In this document: piece after piece, positions 15,370 through 23,984 of the stretch
How the letters are laid out: each line of letters starts with the position of its first letter
Numbering within the stretch: the stretch's first letter is position 1
From: Myxococcota bacterium
Lineage (GTDB): Bacteria > Myxococcota_A > UBA9160 > UBA4427
Reading direction: 5' to 3'
DNA length: 43,931 nucleotides
NCBI GenBank assembly: GCA_041891195.1
Contig: JASDVE010000013.1
Coordinates: 1-43,931 of the forward strand
Notes under the pieces: generated by a model
What the model was told of the DNA's origin: nothing
The model's input: the letters and a program-made list of their open reading frames with translations, nothing else
The model's database searches: none
Position numbers and translations under genes: made by a program

Positions 15370-16689
15370 TTGTCCCTTGAGTACCCCCTCGAATTGAGCG
15401 AACCCATCCACGACAGTGCGGCCGCAGGCCGCTACCTCGAAACGCTGATCAACTTCGAACAGCGTCCTGAACTCATGCGCGAGCGCCTGAGTTTGGCACC
15501 GATTCGCGCGTTGCTCGACCGACTGGGGAACCCCGACCACGGCCTTTCGGTGATTCACGTTGCAGGGTCGAAGGGGAAGGGGTCGACGTGTTTGTTTGCC
15601 GAAGCGGCGCTCGCATCGGCCGGACGAAGAACTGGCGTGTTTACGTCGCCGCATATTCATCGTTGGACTGAGCGCTTTCGGCTCATGGGCGCCGAGGTTG
15701 AGGGAGACGTGCTCGCGCGAGCGGTGAATCAACTGCGCCCACAGCTTGAGTGGCTGCGCGAAAACGACCCCGCCAATGCGCCGACCTTTTTCGACGCGAC
15801 GACCGCCGCGGCACTTCTGATCTTCGCAGAAGCGGGACTCGACTATGCAATTTTAGAAGTCGGACTCGGAGGCCGGCTCGACTCGACCAACGCCGTGTCG
15901 CCACGCGTTACCTGCATCACCAGCATCGAACTCGAACACACCGACAAGCTTGGAAACACCCTTGCCGAAATCGCGGCCGAAAAGGCGGGGATCATCAAGC
16001 CGGGCACTCCGTGTGTGATGGGTCGACTGCCTGAAGAAGCGGAAGCGGTGGTTCAGGCGCGCGCCCACGAACTCGCCGCGCCGTTGATTCGCCTGGGACA
16101 TGATTTCGAATCGCTGGCGCCGAGCGCGCTCGCGGTCTTAGGTCGCCACCAGCTCGACAATGCCGCGATTGCACTGCAGGCCGTCGCGCAGCTCGCCGAC
16201 CCGAACGTGAGCGAACGAGCGGCTCGCCTCGGCCTGAAGGTCGTAACACTTCCCGGGCGTATCGAAGTGGTCTCCGAGGACCCGTGGATCGTCGTCGATG
16301 GTGCCCACACCGGCCAGTCGGCTCGGATGCTCGCCGAAGTCGTCCGGAATCGGGCGGCCGACTCGGGCACGCTGTTGCTCTCCGTAAGCCGCGACAAGAA
16401 CCTCGACGGCATTTTTGAGGCTCTACTCCCTCTTTTCAATTGTGTCGTCACGACGGAGGCAGACACGCACCGCTCGTTTTCTGCAAATGAACTCGCCGCA
16501 AAAATCATCGCGCTAAGGCCAGAAGTAGACGTCCACGCGATCGCCGACCCGCTCCAAGCTGCAGCCTTCGCGAGAGAGAAAACGCGGCCCGGCGACGCTT
16601 TGGTTGCGGCGGGAAGCATTTACCTCGCCGCCGCAGCACGCGAACGCTGGAGCACAGATTCGAGATGCAAAGGGCAGAATTCTCGTTGA
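15370..16689 (+). CDS. folC: Bifunctional folylpolyglutamate synthase / dihydrofolate synthase
   Basis: Mur-ligase fold with P-loop HVAGSKGKGST. Typical FolC features include the N-terminus (YLETLINFE), LEVGLGGRLDSTN and IVVDGAHTGQSA. TTG start. Confidence 0.85.
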   Translation: MSLEYPLELSEPIHDSAAAGRYLETLINFEQRPELMRERLSLAPIRALLDRLGNPDHGLSVIHVAGSKGKGSTCLFAEAALASAGRRTGVFTSPHIHRWTERFRLMGAEVEGDVLARAVNQLRPQLEWLRENDPANAPTFFDATTAAALLIFAEAGLDYAILEVGLGGRLDSTNAVSPRVTCITSIELEHTDKLGNTLAEIAAEKAGIIKPGTPCVMGRLPEEAEAVVQARAHELAAPLIRLGHDFESLAPSALAVLGRHQLDNAAIALQAVAQLADPNVSERAARLGLKVVTLPGRIEVVSEDPWIVVDGAHTGQSARMLAEVVRNRAADSGTLLLSVSRDKNLDGIFEALLPLFNCVVTTEADTHRSFSANELAAKIIALRPEVDVHAIADPLQAAAFAREKTRPGDALVAAGSIYLAAAARERWSTDSRCKGQNSR

Positions 16690-16792
16690 GGAATCGCTCC
16701 ACATCACCCATTCTCCCGGTGGCGCTTCGATTCGGCTAGCGACGACTCGCGCCAAGCCCACCGCGCAATCCCACCATCCGGAGACCCCCTAG

Positions 16793-17950
16793 ATGAATCT
16801 CAAGTACGGCTGCAATCCCCATCAAACTTACGCGGACGCGAGTCCCATTGATTCGGCAACCGTTCCCATCGAACTGTTGAACGGCAATCCGTCGATGATC
16901 AACTATCTCGACGCCACCAACGCCTGGCAACTCGTACGCGAACTCAAGAACGCGCTCGGATTGCCTGCGGCCGCGAGCTTCAAGCACTGCTCGCCTGCTG
17001 GTGCAGCCGTTGCGGTTGATCTCACCGACGATCTTCAACGCGCATACGAAGTCGTCGGCAAGAAACTAACGCCCCTAGCCTGCGCTTACGTTCGCGCCCG
17101 CGGTGCAGATCCCAAGAGTTCGTTCGGCGACTTTGTCGCGTTGTCTGACATAGTTGATGTGGAGACCGCGAACTTCTTGAAGGGCGTTGTCTCCGACGGC
17201 GTAATCGCACCCGGTTATGACCCCGAAGCGTTGCGCATCTTGAGCTCGAAGAAGGGCGGAGGCTTCATCGTCATGCGTGGCGATGCAGAGTTCACGCCGC
17301 CCGCGCGCGAATCGCGCGAAGTCTTTGGGATGCAACTCACACAGGACCGAAACAATCGCGAAGTTACCCTCGACGATGTTGCGACACCCGAATGTGGTGA
17401 GTTCACTGACGCGGCACGGCGCGATATGGTGCTGGGGCTGATCGCGCTCAAGTACACGCAGTCCAATTCAGTCGGCTATGCGCTCGATGGCCAGATGATC
17501 GGAATCGGCGCAGGCCAGCAGTCCCGGGTTGACTGTACGAAACTCGCCGGACAGAAGGCCGACACCTGGCATCTTGGACGACATCCACAGGTCCTCGATC
17601 TCGTATTCAAGGCTGGAGTCAAGCGACAGGAACGCATCAACTGGCGCATTCGCTTCCTCGAAGGGGACCTCACTCAGTTTGAAGAAGTGGCCTTGAGGGA
17701 AGTCCTCGATGGCCCCCACAATCCGCTGACCGACGCCGACAAGAGCGAATGGCTTCAGAAGCTCGACGGCGTGTCCATGGTGTCCGACGGTTTTATTCCC
17801 TTCCGTGACAACATCGACCACGCGTCCAAGCACGGTGTGAAGTTCATCGCGCAGCCCGGCGGATCGACCCGGGACGACGACATCAAGAGTGCGTGCAAGG
17901 ACTACGGTATTTCGATGGCCCACACGGGCCTTAGGTTGTTCCACCACTGA
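16793..17950 (+). CDS. Stand-alone AICAR-transformylase (PurH C-terminal domain) homologue lacking the IMP-cyclohydrolase/MGS domain
   Basis: It starts directly with MNLKYGCNPHQ, the AICARFT signature (L)RYGENPHQ. It also has GIGAGQQSRVDC, SDGFIPFRDNID, AQPGGSTRDDD and a C-terminal RLFHH. Length is 385 aa. An insertion of about 70 aa lies between the GAGQ and SDGF motifs, judged by eye against canonical PurH. Confidence 0.75.
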   Translation: MNLKYGCNPHQTYADASPIDSATVPIELLNGNPSMINYLDATNAWQLVRELKNALGLPAAASFKHCSPAGAAVAVDLTDDLQRAYEVVGKKLTPLACAYVRARGADPKSSFGDFVALSDIVDVETANFLKGVVSDGVIAPGYDPEALRILSSKKGGGFIVMRGDAEFTPPARESREVFGMQLTQDRNNREVTLDDVATPECGEFTDAARRDMVLGLIALKYTQSNSVGYALDGQMIGIGAGQQSRVDCTKLAGQKADTWHLGRHPQVLDLVFKAGVKRQERINWRIRFLEGDLTQFEEVALREVLDGPHNPLTDADKSEWLQKLDGVSMVSDGFIPFRDNIDHASKHGVKFIAQPGGSTRDDDIKSACKDYGISMAHTGLRLFHH

Positions 17951-17958
17951 GCAATGCC

Positions 17959-19167
17959 TTGATACCAAGCGACCCCGCGAGCCTGAAAGCCCATTGGTCA
18001 CTCGACCCTGAAGTCGCGTACGTCAATCATGGTTCGTTCGGCGCCTGTCCGAAGGTGGTGCTCGCCGAACTCCACCGCATGCAGCGCGAGCTCGAAGATG
18101 AGCCCGGTACGTTCTTGTGTCGCAAGGCAACCGACCGACTTGCGGCTGCGCGCGAGAGTCTTGGCGCGTTCGTTGGCGCGGACCCGGAAGACTTGGCCTT
18201 TGTTCCCAACGTGACCGAAGCCTTGAACGCGGTCCTGCGTGCGATGCCGCTCAACGAGGGTGACGAACTCATCGTTAGCAATCACGAATACAACGCTTCG
18301 CGCAACGTGCTTGATTTTGTTGCCGAGCGCGCGAAGTGTCGCGTTGTCGTGGTCGAGATTCCGTTTCCAATCGATGGACCAAATATTGTTGTCGAGCGGA
18401 TGCGAGAAGCGATTACGCCGCGAACTCGGCTTGCCCTTGTGGACCACGTCACCAGTGCAACGGGCATGGTGATGCCGCTTCAAGAATTAGTCGAAATGTT
18501 TCACGCGTCGGGGGTTGCGGTGTTGGTCGACGGCGCGCACGCCCCCGGCATGATCCCGGTCGACATTGAAACCCTCGCGCCAGAATATTATGCGGCGAAC
18601 TGCCACAAATGGATCTGCTCGCCCAAAGGCGCAGGCTTTCTGTACGTACGCCGAGACCTCCAGCATGAAGTCAGGCCGGCTGTGATCAGCCACGGTGCAA
18701 ACTCCGGGCTGGAAGGCAACGCGCGCTTTCGTGAAGAGTTTGAATGGATGGGGACGCGAGACATCACACCCTGGCTCGCTGTCCCGGTCGCGCTTGAGTT
18801 TATGGGTACGGTACTGCCGGGTGGATGGGATGAAGTCCGCGCGCGCAATAACGCGCTTGTGGTCGAAGCGCGGAACCTGCTCATCGACACGTTGAACATC
18901 ACGCCCCCTTGCCCGGATGCCATGCTGGGAAGTCTGGCGGCACTTCACTTGCCAGAGATTAAAGCCCTGAAGCCATCGGTGGCGACCTCGGCGTTGGGTC
19001 TCGATCCGATTCAAGAAGCGCTTTTCCATGACCACAAGATCGAAGTGCCGGTGCTCGTGTGTCCGGAATCGGGGGGCCGCATCTTTCGCGTCTCCGCCCA
19101 GCTCTACAACACGATCGACGACTACGCGCGACTCGCAAAAGCGCTGCAGCAGTACATCGACGCCTAG
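17959..19167 (+). CDS. Class-V (fold-type I) PLP-dependent enzyme, isopenicillin-N-epimerase / cysteine-desulfurase-like
   Basis: VNHGSFGACPKVV, VDGAHAPGMIPVD, and ANCHKWICSPKGAGFLY containing the PLP-lysine HK motif. TTG start 8 nt after the preceding stop codon. Confidence 0.75.
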   Translation: MIPSDPASLKAHWSLDPEVAYVNHGSFGACPKVVLAELHRMQRELEDEPGTFLCRKATDRLAAARESLGAFVGADPEDLAFVPNVTEALNAVLRAMPLNEGDELIVSNHEYNASRNVLDFVAERAKCRVVVVEIPFPIDGPNIVVERMREAITPRTRLALVDHVTSATGMVMPLQELVEMFHASGVAVLVDGAHAPGMIPVDIETLAPEYYAANCHKWICSPKGAGFLYVRRDLQHEVRPAVISHGANSGLEGNARFREEFEWMGTRDITPWLAVPVALEFMGTVLPGGWDEVRARNNALVVEARNLLIDTLNITPPCPDAMLGSLAALHLPEIKALKPSVATSALGLDPIQEALFHDHKIEVPVLVCPESGGRIFRVSAQLYNTIDDYARLAKALQQYIDA

Positions 19168-19281
19168 GAGTCTGCGCGGCAGAAAACGCACGCGCCCAAA
19201 CGGGGATCCAATGTCGCTGGTTGCGTTGCGAAAGCTAGCTGTAGCGAGAAGTCTGCTGCGGAGCCCCCTGACGCTGTGCTG

Positions 19282-20628
19282 CTATTCGCCCGCGGACCTC
19301 GTGCGAAGCCAAAGCAGCAACGCGAGAAAACCAAGGCCAGCAAAGTAGACGTACGACTGCAAGAGGTTGAAGCCAGTCTCCGAGAGACGATTCAAGACGC
19401 GGAAGTTCGTCCCGATCAAAACGAAGCACGTCGCCAGTGCAAAGAGGCAACGCTTCCGTGCACCTTCTTCAAGTGAGAGCACGCAAGGCAAGGCAACCGC
19501 GAATAGCGGAAGCATGACGCCATAGTGGTGCGTCCAAACAGTGGGCGATGCGAGCGTTGCGCATACGATAATGATCGCGAGTTCGATGGGTCCCGTACTT
19601 CGGCCGATGCTTCGCGGTGCAAACAGGCCGGCAAACATCAGTGCAACGGTACTCACAACCGTCCCCCCATGGACCCACGGGTTGTAGGCCATGAGGACGT
19701 TGCGTTCCCATTCGATCGAGTTGCCGTTGCCCGTCAACCGGTGAAGCAAACCGTTCATCGATTGGTTGGGGTGGAAGATCTCGCCTTGTTGGGAAATGTA
19801 CGAGAGGACGCTCAAGTAGTTTGTGTGGTTTTCCCAGCCAAATGCGGCGAGTGAGACGATCGCGAAGCCCGACATTGGAATCGCGAAGCCTTTGATGAAG
19901 TCCCACTGTCGACGGAACGCACCCCAGACAACGACAAGTGCCAAGGTGGGCTTGATGACGCAGATGAGTGAGATGAATACACCCGCAGTGGTGCGTCTGT
20001 TTTCGAGCCAGGACCAAACAACCAATGCGATCAACAAATCGATCCAGACCTGTATCTGTCCGAGGTAGTACCCGCGAACGACGGGATAGAAAGTCAGCGT
20101 GATCGCAAAGGCGAGGGTGGCGAACAAGAGTTCGTCGCTTCGGCTCTCCCCTGCCGCGATGCCGAAGCGACGCCTGGCAAGAAAAAAAATACGTCCAAGG
20201 ACCGCTGCCACTCCCCATACGCACAGCCAAGAAATGCCGTTCAGCGTTTCGTTCGAAATGCCACTTTCACCAAGCATGCCGCGGAGTGTCGTGAGTACAA
20301 GCAAGCTCGACGGCGGATATTGAAAGCGCACGTTGTTTTCAAAATACAACGCCGTGTAGACCGGTTTTGTGCGGGGCGCGTCAGTGAAGAAGAGCGCGGT
20401 CCGCATCGCCTTCCACGAATCGCTATGCGCACCATGCTTGAAGAAGCTGTCGGTGTAGCTGAGCGTGGTCGTGATCTGCGGCTGAAGTGGAAGCCGCGGC
20501 AATACGAAGTTGATCACGAGTCCGTTTGCGAACACAAAGAGCAGAAGCCCAATCGCAAGTCTGGAAGGGCCGCGTCGCGGTGTGGTGGGCTCGGACGACG
20601 TTGACATGCACTCCTCAAGACGGCTCAT
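19282..20628 (-). CDS. Polytopic membrane protein, GT87/DUF2029-like (polyprenyl-phosphate-sugar-dependent glycosyltransferase-like)
   Basis: 448 aa with at least 10 hydrophobic segments and short loops. The overall pattern resembles DUF2029 mannosyltransferase-like proteins. This family call is from memory only. Confidence 0.55.
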   Translation of the reverse strand: MSRLEECMSTSSEPTTPRRGPSRLAIGLLLFVFANGLVINFVLPRLPLQPQITTTLSYTDSFFKHGAHSDSWKAMRTALFFTDAPRTKPVYTALYFENNVRFQYPPSSLLVLTTLRGMLGESGISNETLNGISWLCVWGVAAVLGRIFFLARRRFGIAAGESRSDELLFATLAFAITLTFYPVVRGYYLGQIQVWIDLLIALVVWSWLENRRTTAGVFISLICVIKPTLALVVVWGAFRRQWDFIKGFAIPMSGFAIVSLAAFGWENHTNYLSVLSYISQQGEIFHPNQSMNGLLHRLTGNGNSIEWERNVLMAYNPWVHGGTVVSTVALMFAGLFAPRSIGRSTGPIELAIIIVCATLASPTVWTHHYGVMLPLFAVALPCVLSLEEGARKRCLFALATCFVLIGTNFRVLNRLSETGFNLLQSYVYFAGLGFLALLLWLRTRSAGE

Positions 20629-20655
20629 GAAGGCGCGAAGCTGCGCGTTCCAAGC

Positions 20656-22287
20656 CTACCGTGCGATTGTATTGCGATCGCGCCGTTCGAGAAACGAAAA
20701 GTATCCCGACTGGCCATTCACTTTGTCGACCAGGCGAACCGACCCCACCTTGTACTCGCGGGCGACGAGCGCGTCGACTTCGGGCACGAGTTGAGGGATG
20801 CCTGGGAGCGGACTCTCGCGCAGCTTGCGGCTGAATATGTAGAACGTGGGCTTCTTGTCGAACACGTATGGGTAGTCGGCTTTCTCGTGCCCAGGTAGGC
20901 CCGTTCCTAGGGTGTCACCTTGGGCCCGCCCGTGATGGGCGATGTGGCTGTCTGTGATCCCGTGTACGTCTTGTACAGAGAGCTCCGAGTAGTACGCGAC
21001 GGCTCCGATTGCCCCGGTTGCAAGGCTCTCGTCCGGTCTTCCATAGTGGGCGAAGAACTCTCCGATCACCCGATGGCGATTTACGTACCAGCGTTCGAGT
21101 TCGACCCCGCGATAGTTCCCGTGCATCAACTCTGGCTTCGCGACCCAAGCGCTCTCGATTGGGGTCGAGTGAAAGCCAGTGCCGAGCAGTCCCAAGAACA
21201 GCGCGGCTTTTACGAGTGTCCCGCTCGAAGCCGCTGTGGCTCTGGACGCGCGTTCGAGCGCAACGCCGGTGAGCAAGTAAATGAACGGAAGCACAGGAAC
21301 AAAGAAGCGATACATCGCCATATAGTCGCCCCCGACTGCACAGATATATCCGGTGTAGACCATGACGATTGCGGCGCAAAGAAGAGCTGATCCTCGCGGT
21401 GCATTCGACGCCTGCGCGCGGCCCCGAGCCCATACACCCAGGCCGATCGCGAATGTCCACGGGAAGACAAAGTGAAGGGCGAAGAGTCCCGCGTACTGTG
21501 TGCCGCGAATTGCTTGGGCGACGCCACCGCCGGTTTTTGCATAGAAGGTGTTGGGGAGCGGATAGCCAAAGTAAGACCAGCGCCATGCGATATAGATCGC
21601 GACCAGAACAGCGTACGCGGCGAGAGGGGCGAGGCTTCTGGTGATTGCGGTGCCTGAACCTTGTTTTGACGCGTCGGAATGGTTGGCGCTCGAAAGCAGC
21701 ATCGCACCGCCGACGATCCCGGCGATCATCACGCCCTCTGGGCGGGTGAGGGACGCGAGCAACAAACAACCACTGCTGAGCCATACGTCCCGCGCACCGA
21801 AGGTTGTGAGAAAGCGCGCGCAAAAATAAGTCGCTCCGACGATCCAGCAGGTGAAAAAGTTGGTCTCCATCCCCGACGTCGCCCACGTGGCAAAGGGACC
21901 AGAGCACGCGAGGGCGAGGCACGGGACGACGGCGAAGCGCGAAGTCCATCCGAGCAAGCGACCAAAGTCATAGACGAACGCCATCACGGCAAGGCTCGCG
22001 ACAACGCCTAGCCATTGGCTCGCTGCAGGGAGGTCGGCACCAATGGCCAGAACGCCGGCCGAGATCAAGAGCCAGAGAAAGTTCGTATACCCCTCAACCG
22101 GCGCTTCGCCCACGTTCCACACAAACCCATGTCCAGCGACAACGTTTTGCGCGTAACGAAACGTGATGAATGCGTCTTCGGTGACGCACGCGAGATACAC
22201 GCTGTGCGCGATGAACAGGAGTGCGGTGAACCCGCAGAGTGCCGCGGCACGCGGATCGAGTCTAAGGCGCTCCGCAAATGAAGACAT
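20656..22287 (-). CDS. GT-C-fold-like polytopic membrane protein with a C-terminal soluble domain (arabinofuranosyl/mannosyl-transferase-like)
   Basis: 543 aa. The N-terminal loop motif CVTEDAFITFRYAQNVVAGHGFVWNVGEAPVEGYTNFLW (acidic ED in the first loop) is typical of GT-C enzymes. About 12 TM segments precede a soluble tail of about 150 aa. Confidence 0.55.
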   Translation of the reverse strand: MSSFAERLRLDPRAAALCGFTALLFIAHSVYLACVTEDAFITFRYAQNVVAGHGFVWNVGEAPVEGYTNFLWLLISAGVLAIGADLPAASQWLGVVASLAVMAFVYDFGRLLGWTSRFAVVPCLALACSGPFATWATSGMETNFFTCWIVGATYFCARFLTTFGARDVWLSSGCLLLASLTRPEGVMIAGIVGGAMLLSSANHSDASKQGSGTAITRSLAPLAAYAVLVAIYIAWRWSYFGYPLPNTFYAKTGGGVAQAIRGTQYAGLFALHFVFPWTFAIGLGVWARGRAQASNAPRGSALLCAAIVMVYTGYICAVGGDYMAMYRFFVPVLPFIYLLTGVALERASRATAASSGTLVKAALFLGLLGTGFHSTPIESAWVAKPELMHGNYRGVELERWYVNRHRVIGEFFAHYGRPDESLATGAIGAVAYYSELSVQDVHGITDSHIAHHGRAQGDTLGTGLPGHEKADYPYVFDKKPTFYIFSRKLRESPLPGIPQLVPEVDALVAREYKVGSVRLVDKVNGQSGYFSFLERRDRNTIAR

Positions 22288-23019
22288 CGGACTCGAAGCC
22301 TATCACAGCAACAAGGTTCGCTTAGTGATGGGCACGTGGGCGGCTTGCGAAACGCGTTCGCGCTCAAACAGAGGGTCGCTTCTGACCAATAGACGCGATC
22401 GAACCCAAGACGTGTGTGGCGCATCCCTGCAACTGGGAGCGGACGCGATGAAATCGCGGATACCAAAGGTTCGTGCGGAGTGACACGATCCGCCGTTCGT
22501 TTCGCCCACTCCGGATGGACGTGGCACTGCTCGCGGCGGGGGCTTTCGCTTGTTTGCTAGTCCCGGTGCTCCCGGGTGAAGTCGAGCAACGGGCGCACGA
22601 CCGAAGTGCCGCCGGCCGGGCAAGTGCCGCTGCGGTCCCCATCCCCGAAGGACTCGGATCGCGCTTCGTTTCTCTCGTGGTCTGCCACTCGAGCCGGTAT
22701 TCCCTGCCCGCGTCCGTGACCGCGCGCTTCACGGTGTCTTCGCCGGTCAATTACAGACCGCTGGACCGGGTTTCCGATTCTATGCCGGGCGGCGAAGCGA
22801 GCGATGGGCTGGCTCGCCTAGGCGAAATTTGTGGTTTTTGGCTTCCCGTCGTTGCGTTTCGCTCGCAGGCCTCGACTCACTCGAACTTGCCTCCTAGCCT
22901 CGCGTTTCTTTACAGGAACGCCGCGTATCGTTATTGTCCAGCGGATCCGTTTGCCCGACCTCGGGAAACCCCGAGATTCCCCATGTCGAATCGATGAAAA
23001 TCCCCGAGGGGATTACGCG

Positions 23020-23060
23020 ATTTCGCAAGATCCGGGCGGGCATTTCGCGATAATCCGGGC
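23020..23060. promoter_or_regulatory. Imperfect direct repeat ATTTCGC-N3/4-ATCCGGGC x2 (candidate operator) upstream of the catabolic operon
   Basis: ATTTCGCAAGATCCGGGC at 23020-23037 and ATTTCGCGATAATCCGGGC at 23042-23060. Centres are about 22 bp apart. The repeat ends 58-76 nt upstream of the first operon start codon. Confidence 0.35.
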
Positions 23061-23135
23061 CTCGGCCCTCTGGGCCGTGGCATTCCTCGCACATCGGGGA
23101 CGCGCCCGCGTTCCCGTTTGAAAGGTTTCGACCCA

Positions 23136-23984
23136 GTGAACAAACGCACGACTGAGCACGAAGTCATCGCCGAACTGCGCGATGGAATGACGATCGGCAT
23201 TGGGGGCTGGGGTTCCCGGCGCAAACCGATGTCACTCGTCCGCGAGATTATTCGCTCCGACCTCAAAGACCTCACCATCGTTTCTTACGGCGGTCCCGAC
23301 GTAGGGCTGCTCTGCGCGACAGGCAAAGTAAAGAAGGTTGTCTACGGCTTCGTTTCCTTGGACTCGATCCCGCTCGAGCCCCACTTCCGAAAGGCGCGTC
23401 AGACCGCGTCGATCGAAGCGGTCGAACTCGACGAAGGCATGCTGCAGTGGGGGCTCATTGCAGCCGTTCACCGCGTTCCCTTCTTGCCGACCCGCGCAGG
23501 TCTTGGGTCGGACATCGAGAAGAACAACCCCGACTTCAAGACCGTGACGTCGCCCTACGCCGACGGCGGCACCTTCATCGCGATGCCTGCGATCGAACTC
23601 GACGTCGCACTGATCCACATGAACCGCGGCGACGAACGCGGCAACGGGCAGTTCCTCGGCCCCGACCCGTTCTTCGACGACCTCTATTGCTTGGCCGCCA
23701 AGCGTCGCTTCATGTCGGTAGAAAAAATCATCCCGACCGAAGACCTCATCAAAGAAGGCAGTGTTCACACTCTGCGTATCAACCGCACCATGATCGACGG
23801 TGTGATCGAAGCGCCGAACGGTGCCCACTTCACCGAATGCCCGCCCGACTACAACCGCGACGAAGCATTCCAGAAGGAATACGCCGCGACGGCCAAGGAC
23901 CCTGATGCCTGGGAGGCCTTTAAAGAGCGCTACCTCAACGTGGGCTCAGAAAAGGAATACCAGGAGGCGGTAAAGAACCGATGA
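23136..23984 (+). CDS. ipdA: CoA-transferase family-I alpha-type subunit, IpdA-like (steroid ring-D COCHEA-CoA hydrolase alpha subunit)
   Basis: The track ORF starts at TTG 23118. GTG 23136, preceded by GAAAGG, is the likelier start. Motifs: GMTIGIGGWGSRRKPMSLVREIIRSDLKDLTIVSYGGPDVGLLCATGKVKKVVYGFVSLD, ELDEGML, FLPTRAGLGSD. From memory it closely parallels M. tuberculosis Rv3551. Confidence 0.7.
   Translation: MNKRTTEHEVIAELRDGMTIGIGGWGSRRKPMSLVREIIRSDLKDLTIVSYGGPDVGLLCATGKVKKVVYGFVSLDSIPLEPHFRKARQTASIEAVELDEGMLQWGLIAAVHRVPFLPTRAGLGSDIEKNNPDFKTVTSPYADGGTFIAMPAIELDVALIHMNRGDERGNGQFLGPDPFFDDLYCLAAKRRFMSVEKIIPTEDLIKEGSVHTLRINRTMIDGVIEAPNGAHFTECPPDYNRDEAFQKEYAATAKDPDAWEAFKERYLNVGSEKEYQEAVKNR

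Noticed and set aside
20915-21949. A 344-aa minus-strand ORF in an alternative frame inside the GT-C-like gene.
   Set aside because: It is extremely Arg-rich and out of frame relative to a coherent polytopic membrane protein.
23078-23091. TGGCATTCCTCGCA as a sigma-54 promoter for the operon (also TGGCACTGCTCGC at about 22530).
   Set aside because: The GG-to-GC spacing is 8 nt instead of 10, so it does not fit the -24/-12 geometry.
22950-23117. A KstR2/KstR-type TetR operator upstream of ipdA.
   Set aside because: The closest string (CGCAAGATCCGG) lacks the CAAG-NN-CTTG symmetry. No TetR gene is present in the window.
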